A program made the translations under genes and the position numbers. A DNA stretch of 64,000 bases, taken from positions 73,346,001-73,410,000 of the forward strand of contig NC_058380.1 in assembly GCF_018350175.1 (NCBI RefSeq). The letters run 5' to 3'. Position 1 is the stretch's first letter, and the number at the start of each line of letters is the position of its first letter. The stretch comes from Felis catus. Taxonomy: Eukaryota. Positions 23,097 to 34,033 of the stretch are shown piece by piece. The notes under the pieces are model-generated. The model worked only from the letters and a program-made list of their open reading frames with translations, did no database searches and was not told the origin of the DNA.

Positions 23097-26000
23097 GGGT
23101 GCCTGTGTGGCTCAGTCGATTAATCATCCGACTCCTGATCTCAGCTCAGGTCTTGTGCTCAGGGTTGTGAGTTCAAGCCCTATGTTGGGCTCCATGTGGG
23201 GTGTGAAGCCTACGTTAAAAAAAAAAAAAATCCCGTTACCCTGTTGGAGTGTTTTACATCCCCCATCTACAGATGAAAATACTGATGTTCCAAGATGGGC
23301 AGGGACTTGCCTAAGCCCCAGAGTTGGGGCATGGACCGATACCCGACACCTGTCCCACCTCTGTCTTCCCTGCCTCACTCTCCCCTTCTCTGACAAAAGA
23401 ATCTTTGAGGGGCATCTGGGTGGCTCAGCCAGTTAAGCATCTGACTCCTGATTTCGGCTCAGGTCATGATCTCACGGTTCTTGAGTGTGAGCCCCTCGTT
23501 GGGCTCTGTGCTGACAGCGTGGAGACTACTTAGGTTCTCTCTCTTTCCGTCTCTTTCTGCTTCTTCCCTGCATCTTCTCTCTCTCTCTCTCTCTCTCTCC
23601 CTCCCTCCCTCCCTCCCTCCCTCCCCCTCTCTCTCCCTCCTTTCCTCTCTCTCTTTCTCTCAAATAAATAAACTTTAAAAAAAAAAGAATCTTTGAAACT
23701 TAAGTCTGTATTACCACTCAAAATTTGCATTTTAATTAAGCAGTTATAAAAGCATTTCACCGAGTTCTTCCTAGGTCCTGAAAAGCTGAGAGCCAAGAGC
23801 CTGAGGAAGTAGCCAAGAAGATGTAATTTTCCAGGCAAAGAAATTAAATTCTTGGGGCGCCTAGCTGGCTCAGTGGGAGGAGCATGTGATTCAGTCTCGG
23901 GGTTGTGAGTTTGAGCCCCACATGGGGTGTAGGGATTACTTAAATAAAACTTAAAAAAAAAAAAAGGCTAAGGAACAATTCCAGATTAAAAGAGACCAGA
24001 TGGATCAAGAAACAAACAAAAACCCACACCAAACACTTTTAAGAACTTCTGTGGCACAAGTGGCCACGTTTCTATGCACTGGATGTCAGATATAATAGTA
24101 GTATGTCAGCGTTAAATTTCTGAACTTAATAGGGTTTCTGTAGTTGTGTAAGAGACTGTCTTTGTTCTTGAGAAAAAGATGCTGAAGTATTGAGACATGA
24201 AAGGTCTCACTTTCTGCAACTTATTCTCAAATAGGTCAGAAAAAAAATAAGTGTCATATATTCACTCATTAAATAGATAGGAAGAGAATGAGCAACAGAC
24301 CAAGAAAGAGCAGATTTTTTAAAAAGAAAAAAAAAATTCTTACGTCTTCGGTGAGAGATTGCAGAGCTGTACTTGAGGAGCACAGACCATGCTTGTATAT
24401 TTTATTTTATTTTATTTTTTTAATTTTTTTTTCAACGTTTTATTTATTTTTGGGACAGAGAGAGACAGAGCATGAACGGGGGAGGGGCAGAGAGAGAGGG
24501 AGACACAGAATCGGAAACAGGCTCCGGGCTCTGAGCCATCAGCCCAGAGCCTGACGCGGGGCTCGAACTTCCGGACCGCGAGATCGTGACCTGGCTGAAG
24601 TCGGACGCTTAACCGACTGCGCCACCCAGGCGCCCGCATGCTTGTATATTTTAAATGTTTATTTTTGAGAGAGAGAGAGCATGCAAGCAGGGGAGGGCAG
24701 GGGGGGTTGCAGAGGGTTTGAAGCAGACTGCTGACAGCAGAGAGCCCGATGCAGGGCTCAAACTCATGAACTGTGAGATCACGATTTGAGCCAAAGTTGG
24801 ATGCTTAACTGACCGAGCCACCTAGGTGCCCCCATTCTTATACATTTTTATATTTACGAATTTTTTTAATGTTTATTTATTATTTAGAGAGAGAGAAAGA
24901 GAGACAGAGTGTGAGTGGGGAGGGGCAGAGAGAGAGGGAGACAAAATCCGAAGCAGGCTCCAGGCTTTGAGCTGTTAGCAGAGAGCTTGAACTCACGAAC
25001 CACAAGATCATGACCTGAGCCGAAGTTGGACACTTAACCGACTGAGCCACCCAGGTGCCCCTATTTTTATATTTAAATTTCAGCATTAATACATGTGCAT
25101 GAGAGAAAGAGAAAACATGCCACCAATATAAAAACATGTAAAATTTCAAATGTCTCAGGGCACCTGGCTGGTTGAGATGGTAGAGTATGTGACTCTTTAT
25201 CTCAGGGTCATGAGTTTGAGCCTCATGTTGGTCATAGAGATTACTTAAAAAAGTTGAAACATTGTAAGTGTCTCCATCACCCCTTCCCAATCCTGTTCCC
25301 TGGAGGTGATCAGTTTTAACAGTCAGATGTGTGTGTCTTGTAAGGACTTTCCTATGTAGATAGAATCCTAGGGGTGGTTACCACTCAAAAAAATTTTTTT
25401 AAGTTTATTTATTTTGTGAAAGGAAGTGGGGGGAGAGGCAGAGAGAGGGAGAGACAGAATCCCAAGTGGGCTCCGTGCCCTCAGCACAGAGCCCGACATG
25501 GGGCTCGAACTCACGAACTGCGAGATCATGACCTGAGCCGAGATCAAGTGTCAGACACTTAACCGACTGAGCCACCCAGGCACCCCTAAAAAAAATTTTT
25601 TTTTTACCAGTTTGGTTTGTTTTATACTTGCTGTTCTTGAACTTACCAGGTTCTTTTGGAATCTCTCCATGTCAGTATGTATAGATGTATGTCACTCTTT
25701 GGAAAGTCTGTGAAGTGATTTTCCCAATTTTATTGTCTCCTTTAAAGGCTTAGCTTGTTCCTACTTTTTCCCTCTTAGAATCATTCCACACGTCTGCTAG
25801 TCTTTCCTTTCTCCTTTACCTTCTTCATCTTCCTCTAAAATTGTCCTGTCTTTAATTTCAAGTTGCTCTGTGTTTTTGAAAAAAAAAACTGATCTTTGAT
25901 TTTTTTGTTTTGAAATATTTCAAACGTAGAGAAGAGTTGCAAAAATAGTACAACAAAGTGCCCCTAGAAAGCTCTATTGTTAACATTTTGCCACATCTGC

Positions 26001-26310
26001 TCTCTTTCTTGGTCTGTTGGTCATTCACTTCCTATCTATTTAATGAGTGAATACTTAACACTTTTTTTTCTGACCTGAGAGTAAGTTGTAGAAAGTGAGA
26101 CCTTTTTCAGCATCCTCTCTCAAGAACAAAGACAATCTCTTACACAGCTACAGAACCTTCAGAAAATTTAATGTCGACATAATACTATTATATCTGACAT
26201 ACAGTCCGTATTTAAATGTTGCCATTTGTGCCACAGAAGTTCTTAAGTGTTTGGTATGGTTTTTGTTTCCTGAACCATCTGGTCTCTCTTTTTTTAATGT
26301 CTTATTTATT

Positions 26311-26347
<37 letters not shown>

Positions 26348-26680
26348 AAGTGGGGGAGGGGCAGAGAGAGAGGGAGACACAGAATCCAAAGCAGGCTCCA
26401 GGCTCCGAGCTGTCAGCACAGAGCCCGACACTGGGCTCGAACTCACGAACCGTGAAATCATGACCTGAGCCGAAGTCAGACGCTAAACCGACTGAGCCCC
26501 CCAGGCGCCGCCCCCCCCCCCCCCAATCTGGTCTCTTTTAATCTGGAATTGTTCCTTAGCCTTTGGTTTTTTTTTTAAGTTTTATTTATTTAAGTAATCT
26601 CTATACCCAACATGGGGCTCGAACTCACAACCCTGAGATCAAGAGTTGCTTGTTCCTCTGACTAAGCTGGCCAGGCGCCC
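23097..26680. mobile_element. SINE cluster in BSPRY intron 4 (~10 copies) inside old L1 fragments
   Basis: SINEs at ~23097(+), 23409(+, TSD AAAAGAATCTTTGA), 23854(+), 24405-24635(-), 24650-24833(-), 24860-25061(-), 25157(+), 25390-25587(-), 26290-26510(-) and 26570-26680(-). Confidence 0.85.
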
Positions 26681-28235
26681 CTGTTCCTTAGCCTTTTAAA
26701 ACAACAACAACAACAAAATACTTTTAAAGAGCCTAGAACAGTTTTATAGAATATCCCTCAGTTTTGATTTATCTGCTGGTGCCACATCCACGTCTGGGCT
26801 CGGCCCTGGCTGCCACAGCAACAGGTCCGGCTGCACAGACAGGCATTCGGATCCCAGCCCCACCGCACTCCCACTCCTTTGGGGTCACAGTTTCCCCTTC
26901 TGAACCATGGGGTGCCGGACCAGCTGGTTGTCTAGACGCTAGTGTCTGCCACTGGCCCCAGCTTTGCCTTGGGTTAGCTCAGCGCTGCCAACACAGGCGC
27001 TCCTCTTTCCTCCCCGCCTGATGGCTAGGGCTTCTCCAGCCCCAACTTCAGCGCTTTGAGAAGATGGCAACAGACCCTCTCTTGTCCTGACCACAAAGGG
27101 CCTTTGTTACCAGAGCCTGCTCTCAGCTTTCCTAGGGCTCTGTCCATCTTGCTCCTCCCAAGCCAGGACAGTCAGTGACAGTCTCGAAAAGAGCTTGCAT
27201 CCCTAAGGAGACATGCCCCACCCTCTCTCCCTGCTCCTTCACTGTGGGCAGGGCCAGGGGATTTGGGGAAGAGTGTGTGCCCTCAGAACTGCTGCCTGAT
27301 CTCAGGGTTGGGGGCAGTGGCAGAGCTCTTTCTCAGCACCCAGTTCAGGTGTCTGCAAAGCTCAGTGATGGACCCTCACTTTGTCCTACACCCCTTAATC
27401 ACTTTCATTTTAGATCAAGGGGGAAATTATGTTGAGGGGTGCCTGGACTCCAGACTGGGTTTGTTCTATTTCTGCATGGAGGCAGCACTTGAACCCAGCT
27501 CCCCCTTTTTAAGCGGAGTGCGTTCTCTGAATCTCTGTTCTTTCCTGTCAAATGGGATAACAACTACCTCCCAGGTTATAGCAAAGATTACGTGAGATTC
27601 TACAGAGAAAACCTGGATACTTAATAAATGGTAATTCTCCCCTCCTAGGCATCTTCTGTTCCCATATTCCCTCCAGCCAAACCCAGTGCCCTTCTGAGCC
27701 AAGGAGAGGTAGCTATTGGGAGCAAAGCACCAGAACTTATTTATGGTTCGGGTGATAACTGATAGTCCCTTCTTGTGGGATCTCTCAAAGGTGTTTGCAT
27801 TTTAAGAGCAGAGGAGCGGCTGTACCTTCTGACCAAACCAATAGGTTTTGCTGCAGTAGGTTTTGGAAGGAGGTGAGATTTTCTCTGCACAGGATGGGGG
27901 AGTGGAAAGACTGGGGTGTAAGAGGCTCAGGTCGCATCCCTGCTCTGCTGCTAACTTAGAGACATAGCAGGTTGCTTCCCCTGCAGAGCAGACAGACTCC
28001 AAGTTCTACCACTGGCACCAAATATTTACTTCCCTGGAAATCATCTGCCTGGCTGGAATTAATGTTCCGGTGGGGGGGGGGCATACGGGGAAAACCCGTT
28101 TTTCTGTTTGGCTCAAACCTCCTTTGGGGGCTCCTGTGTGGGGCTGGCTGCCAATCTTGGGGTCACCCTCATGGGAAGAGGATTTTATTTATTTCTGTCT
28201 AGTTTTTTGTTTGTTTGTTTGTTTTCCTCCACAAG

Positions 28236-28360
28236 GACTGAGGAAGCAGAAGGCATTTTGGATCCCCAGGAGTCGGACAAGTTAAACTTTAATGAGAAGT
28301 GCATTCGGAGCTCACTACTTACCCAACTCTGGGTGACCGCGGTTCTTGGGTCCCTCTCAG
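28236..28360 (+). CDS. BSPRY: BSPRY coding exon 5
   Basis: Acceptor CCACAAG|G; (R)TEEAEGILDPQESDKLNFNEKCIRSSLLTQLWVTAVLGSLS(G); donor CAG|GTTAGG; 125 nt. Confidence 0.93.
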
Positions 28361-29597
28361 GTTAGGAGCTGTTAGGGCCCAGCATCAGCTGAACACCTGG
28401 CTGGCTGGCTGGCTGACTGGCTGGGGGGTTGCTGCTGGGTCAGGCTGGGGACCAGAGCATCTGGCTCGGTAGCTAAGCACCGAGTGACGCTGGATGCAGC
28501 CTTGTTGGCGGAGCCAAGGTTCTGGACGGGCTTGGGGCAGCTGGGCCAGGTCCTTTCCGTTTCCAGACTGAACTGCTCTGTTGGGCCTAAGTGATATCTT
28601 GTTCCCAGAAATCACATCTATGTCCTGCCCTAGTGGGACAGCTCAGTATTCTTAATTGGAACCTTAGTTTCTCTTTAAAAAGATATCATTGATGGCCAAC
28701 TGGAAAGCATCTGGAGCGAGAACGGCGCTGCCTGGATTCACCTCACTTGTTCACTTAAACGCTGCTGACTCAGGCAGACCGTGGCCTGGCCTTGTGCCGT
28801 ATCCTAAGGCCTCAGATGTGAATGCCACACGGTCTTTCCCTGCAAGAATTCCCTCCTAGTGCTGAAGTTCTCAAAGCAGAATCCCCCAAGCTAGATGGAA
28901 GCTTCTGTGTTCCTAGTTGTCGTGTTTGCACGATTCACAGAGAGGTTTGGTTAACGGATTGAATTTTTCCTCAGTTTTAGCCCTCCTCCCCCATGGGTTA
29001 GCCTAAAATTTTTAGTACAAGCTATAGCTTGTCTTCTGTAGATGCTGGTATCAGAGAGTGCCCAATTTGCCAGCAGTCCCATTTAGTTAGTTGTTGGAAA
29101 AGTGCGTATCTGATGCTTCCTGGCTCCCAGGGGTCATTCCCCCAGGACAGGTCTGATCTGGAGGCCACAGATAGGCCCAGCTGGAATCACTGCAGTCGAT
29201 GCCGGATGCTAGATGTAGGAACAAAATCTTCATTTTGCCCTGCTCCCAACTAGGTGTGTGACTTTGGGCAACTTGCTTCTCCTCTCTGGGCCCTATTTCT
29301 AGTTTACAGATGAGGATCCTGGACTAGTAGTAACTACTGTTATCATGGCCACAATTTATTGAGCACCTATTAATACTGGGTACTTTGTAGGTATCATCTC
29401 ATTTAGTCCTCATGTCCACCCTGTGGTAAGTCCTATTTATCCCCATTTTACAGATGAGGGAACTGAGGCTCAGAGAGAGTAAATGGCTTGCCTGAGGTAA
29501 CACTGCCACTGGGTGGTGAGGGAGCCCTTTGCTGCCTGGCAGGACCAGGTTAGGGCTGAGGTTGGCCTTGGGCAACTCTGAGAATTGTTTCTGGCAG

Positions 29598-30124
29598 GCA
29601 CAGAGGATGTGCGTATTGATGAGAGGACCGTCAGCCCCTTCCTGCAATTGTCAGACGATCGAAGGACCCTGACCTTCAATGCCAAGAAGTCCAAGTCCTG
29701 TGCAGATGGCCCGGAGCGCTTTGACCACTGGCCCAATGCCCTGGCCGCCACCTCCTTCCAGGCTGGGCTGCACACCTGGATGGTGAACGTCCAGAACAGT
29801 TGTGCCTATAAGGTGGGTGTGGCCTTAGGCCAGCTGCCCCGAAAGGGCTCTGGCAATGACTCCCGGCTGGGCCACAACGCCTTCTCCTGGGTCTTCTCCC
29901 GCTATGACCAGGAGTTTCGTTTCTCGCATGCTGGGCAGCACGAGTCCCTGGCACTGCTGCGTTGCCCCGCCCAGCTGGGCGTGCTGTTGGACTTGCAGGC
30001 ACAGGAACTGCTGTTCTACGAGCCGGCCTCGGGTACGGTGCTCCACACCCACCACGTGCCCTTTTCTGGGCCCCTCTTCCCGGTCTTCGCCGTGGCCGAC
30101 CAGACCATTTCCATCATCCGCTGA
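29598..30124 (+). CDS. BSPRY: BSPRY coding exon 6 (PRY-SPRY/B30.2 domain, stop codon)
   Basis: Acceptor CTGGCAG|; GTEDVRIDERTVSPFLQLSDD...PERFDHWPNAL...GPLFPVFAVADQTISIIR*; joined CDS is 1185 nt = 394 aa. Confidence 0.96.
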
Positions 30125-30407
30125 CCTTTGGCCACGGGGAGCCCAGGCCTCCTCCCTACTACGCCTCCAGGCCATGTTCCTGCCCAGTGTCCTTTTCCCA
30201 AATGTTGCCCTGAAGGGACAGCTTTAGGAGGGGTAGGGATCCATTTCAGATCTGGGTACAGCTGTTAAGTGCGAGGTATCTACAGTAGGCCTGCTACTCC
30301 CTGGCCTTAGTCTCCCAAATCCACCATACATCAGCTCCTCCGAGGGTGTCTCGTTCACCACTTTATCTCTGGCATCCGGCATGGTGGCTGGTGCCTAGTG
30401 ATTGTGC

Positions 30408-30413
30408 AATAAA
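30408..30413 (+). terminator. Candidate proximal poly(A) signal of BSPRY (AATAAA inside an L2 3'-end remnant)
   Basis: AATAAA ~285 nt after the stop, within L2-tail-like sequence (~30330-30440). Confidence 0.4.
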
Positions 30414-30935
30414 TATTTGGCGAATGTATGGACAGATGGAAAGGTGCCTGGGTGTATGTGGTAGACTCTTCTGGGAAAGCACAGCCTTCCAGCCCTCTGC
30501 CCCCAGCTTGGAGCATGTCCTGTGGCTGAAACTCTTTCATCCCTCAGTTTGGTGCTTCTCAGTCCTTTTCCTGACAAGGCACAGAGAGAACATCTTTTTC
30601 TAGCACATGAGGACAACCTGAAAGGGATCCCAAACTCCTGCTAGGCTGCTCTTGGCCACAGGGGGCGCTGTGTCCCACCAGGTCCAGCCTGATGGTTCAG
30701 AAGACTGAAGGGATCCTACCTGCAGGTAACTCGACCGCAGCACATCCATTGGCAGCTCTGCCTCAGACTTGGCAGCTGAGCTTGGCTGTGCCCACCTGTG
30801 GTCACAGGGACGAACTTTTCCCCCACCTGACACCCCCCTCCCTGCCCAACATAATGTGGAGACCTGGGGTAAGGGCTTCAAGTCCTAGAGAGAGCTGAGG
30901 GAGTAAGAGGGCCAGCCTTACCGAACACGTACGTT

Positions 30936-30941
30936 ATTAAA
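30936..30941 (+). terminator. Candidate distal poly(A) signal of BSPRY (ATTAAA)
   Basis: ATTAAA followed by T/GT-rich sequence (GTTTCTTCCATGTTCTTTG). Confidence 0.5.
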
Positions 30942-31884
30942 GGTTTTACAAGATTGAAGTTTCTTCCATGTTCTTTGCTGGTAATTGGGCAAATCTCCCA
31001 AGTGCCAGCTCACGTCTTAAGAGGTGCGAAATCAAGGTCTTCCTCACCCGCGTCCGCATTCCCAGCTCAGCACACACAGCCAAAAGAGCCCTGAGACGGT
31101 TTCGTGCCCTGCATGGCTGGCACCGAGGGCAAGTCCCTTCCTGTTCTCTGAGGTCATATTAGACCAGTGGTCCTCACAGTGGTTTTATCTGGGAACACGG
31201 TTCAAAGGCAATCTTACCTACAACTTCAGGCCCCTGGGTTCAAAGATGGGGGCCAGAGCCCTCTCCACTCTTAAGTTTGTTCAATAATTTACTTGAAACA
31301 CTGGGTTGATCAAATCCAGTCCACAGACCTAATGGCAGCTTGTTTGGTTGAGATGACTTCTAAGGCTCTTGCAGTTGAGACTGCAGCTCATGACCCACGT
31401 CCTCACTGCCTGACATGTGGGAAGTAATGTCCCCTGGCTGTGACACCAAGCCCAAGGAAGACAGACCCAAAAGAGGTGTGGCCAAGTCTGAGAAGAGTCT
31501 CCCTCCCCTCACACGAGTACAATGTCTACCCAGAAACCTGAGGCAAAGCCAACCTTTCTACTTGGCAGCTGCAGGCCCCCAAGCCATGCTCTCCAAACTG
31601 CCAATCTAACTCCCCGTGGCAGCCCTCACTCAGTCCATAGTTCACAGGCCTCCTGCCAGGAATGCGTGTTATTTCTCTGCCCACCTAAATGCCACCCCCA
31701 ATTCAGGGCCACTCTAGAGCCCTCCCTGGCTGTTGGTACCAGAACGTAACACTGTGTAGATATGCCTATGTGCTTTTCACCGGAGGTACCCCCTGTACAA
31801 GGAAGATGTGTCTAGTAAATCCCAAAGAGGTGTGAGGGGAGAGGAGCATGAAGAGGGGATAGGAAGTTAGAGACATGGAATTAA

Positions 31885-32068
31885 AAAATTTTTAATGTTT
31901 AGTTTTGAGAGAGACAGATTGTGAGTGGGTAAGGGGCAGAGAGAATCCCAAGCAGGCTCCAGGCTCCAAGCTGTCAGTACAGAGCCTGATGCAGGGCTCT
32001 AACTCACAAACTGCGAGATCATGACCTGAGCCAAAGACACTTAACTGCCTGAGCTACCCATGCGCCTC
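31885..32068 (-). mobile_element. CanSINE between BSPRY and HDHD3
   Basis: Degenerate SINE with TSD AGACATGGAAT. Confidence 0.85.
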
Positions 32069-32830
32069 TAAGACATGGAATCTTTAAAACCTAGCTAGCT
32101 TACGTCCTTCAGTCTCCAACGACTCCCCATTTCCTACACTCCTGTCACCTCAAGCTCCAGTCCCTGTTCCCTGTGCTGTCCTCCCCCCGCCCCCAGTACG
32201 AACACCTACGACTGGAGTGCCCGTCAAAACTGACCTCTAGAAAATCTTCCCTATTCTACCAGGATCTCCACTGCACCATGTCCCATGGAACACAGCTCTC
32301 TGCTTGCAACTTGGTGGTCAAGCCAAGGGTTTTGGAGTCAGGCATGCCTAAATCAGAACCCTGGCTCTCTCACATACTACCTGTGACCTCAGGCAGGCTC
32401 CTTCTAAATCGGTTTCTCATTTGTAAAGTGGAGGTCACACTATCTCTGCCCATCAGGTAGCTTTGAGGGTGTTTTATTTACTGAGGGTTCTATATGCATA
32501 TAAAGGACTAACACGTGGCAAGCGGAAATGAAGTTTCTTCTCATGACTAATTATGGTGCTCCTTGTCTAAAATCCTGCAAACACTAGAGGCATGTCCTAG
32601 AGGGCATGTCCCTACAGCAGAGCTTAGCACCCCAATTTCCAAACTAAGCTCCTCTGAACTTCCACTTCTAGGGAGTTGAGGCTTCAAGGGCCCGACTGAG
32701 GGGCTCTAGGACCTGCTTCAGCTCTAGCAGTTTCTCACTTTTCCTGTTTTGCATATTGGGGTTCCAGTAAGATCTCCCATAACAAAAGGGCCCTGCTGCT
32801 AATACAAAGTTTGACAGTGCCTGGTTTTGT

Positions 32831-33031
32831 TTTGTTTTTGTAATTTTTAAAAAAGTTTATTTTACTTATTTTGAGAGAGAATGAGCGCAGGAGGGGCAGA
32901 GAGAATCCGAAGCAGGCTCCGCAGTGACAGTGCAGAGCCCAAGGTGGGGCTCTAACTCACCGACCGTGAGATCATGACTTGAGCCAAATTCAAGTGCTGG
33001 TCCTTAACCAAACGAGCCACCCAGGCGCCCC
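32831..33031 (-). mobile_element. CanSINE just downstream of HDHD3
   Basis: TSD GACAGTGCCTGGTTTTG on both sides. Confidence 0.9.
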
Positions 33032-33283
33032 GACAGTGCCTGGTTTTGAAGCTAGTTGGGCTCTCCGTGAATCTTGTAGGTGAGGGGGTGGGAAAGAGAC
33101 ACAGGTGTGAACAACTTCAGCAACCAGAAGCAGGTTGGAGCAGGGCTAAAAGCCCTGTTTTCACTGCTTTATAGTCACAGTGCCTTTGGACGCTGCAGGG
33201 AGAGGGGCAAAGGCCAGATCTCAGGAAAGAAGGGGCTCTGCAGCGTTTGCTGGGCCCAGCCACTTCCCTCATCAGATTCAAAG

Positions 33284-34033
33284 TTACGGGGATGAGACTT
33301 CCAGGTGGTCAAGGGCAGGCAGGAGATGGGACAGTGAGGGGAGGAGGCATTCTTGAGACACAGAGTCTTTGATGGCAGCATCCAAAGGCTCTGGGCCGAC
33401 CACCAGGAAGCTGTGCATACCTACAGCCCGCGCCCCCTTATAATCACAGGGATAACTGTCCCCAATATGGGCTGCCACTGCCGGTTCCACCTGAGCAAGC
33501 CGCAAAGCCTCACGGAAAATTCGGGGGTCGGGCTTGGGCCAGCCGGAAGCCTCAGAGGTCAGCACAAACTCAAAGTATTCCCTCAGGCCAAGACCCATCA
33601 GGATGTCCTCTAGACGCCGGTCAAAGTTGGAGACCACTGCCAGCCTCAGACCTCGTTTTCGGCACTCCCTCAGGGTGGCCTCAGCCCCCTCCAACACCTG
33701 CCAGGTGAAGGGCTTGCTGAAGTCCTCGTACAGCTGGTCAGCGATGGGGGTCACAGCCTGGGCATCTCGAACACCTGCTAGGTAGAAGGTCTGTAAGACC
33801 ACATCCACCCACCACCGGCGGGAGGTGAGGCCTTGGCTCAGGCCATAGTTGGGGAAGCTGAGGCTCTGAGCCCTGTACGCCTGCCTGAAGGCTTGTCCCA
33901 GGGAGGCGGCCTCCACCTCCAGCCCGTGGGCCCGGGCCTTGGAGGCATATTCCTCTCCCACGGGGTGGCGGAGCCTGAGCAGCGTATCCTTCACGTCCCA
34001 TGTCAGCAGTCGTATCTGTAGCCGATGCGCCAT
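33284..34033 (-). CDS. HDHD3: Haloacid dehalogenase-like hydrolase domain-containing protein 3 (single coding exon)
   Basis: 249-aa ORF MAHRLQIRLLTWDVKDTLLRL...VVSNFD...KPDPRIF...HIGDSYPCDY with HAD motifs I-IV; syntenic position between BSPRY and ALAD. Confidence 0.96.
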   Translation of the reverse strand: MAHRLQIRLLTWDVKDTLLRLRHPVGEEYASKARAHGLEVEAASLGQAFRQAYRAQSLSFPNYGLSQGLTSRRWWVDVVLQTFYLAGVRDAQAVTPIADQLYEDFSKPFTWQVLEGAEATLRECRKRGLRLAVVSNFDRRLEDILMGLGLREYFEFVLTSEASGWPKPDPRIFREALRLAQVEPAVAAHIGDSYPCDYKGARAVGMHSFLVVGPEPLDAAIKDSVSQECLLPSLSHLLPALDHLEVSSP

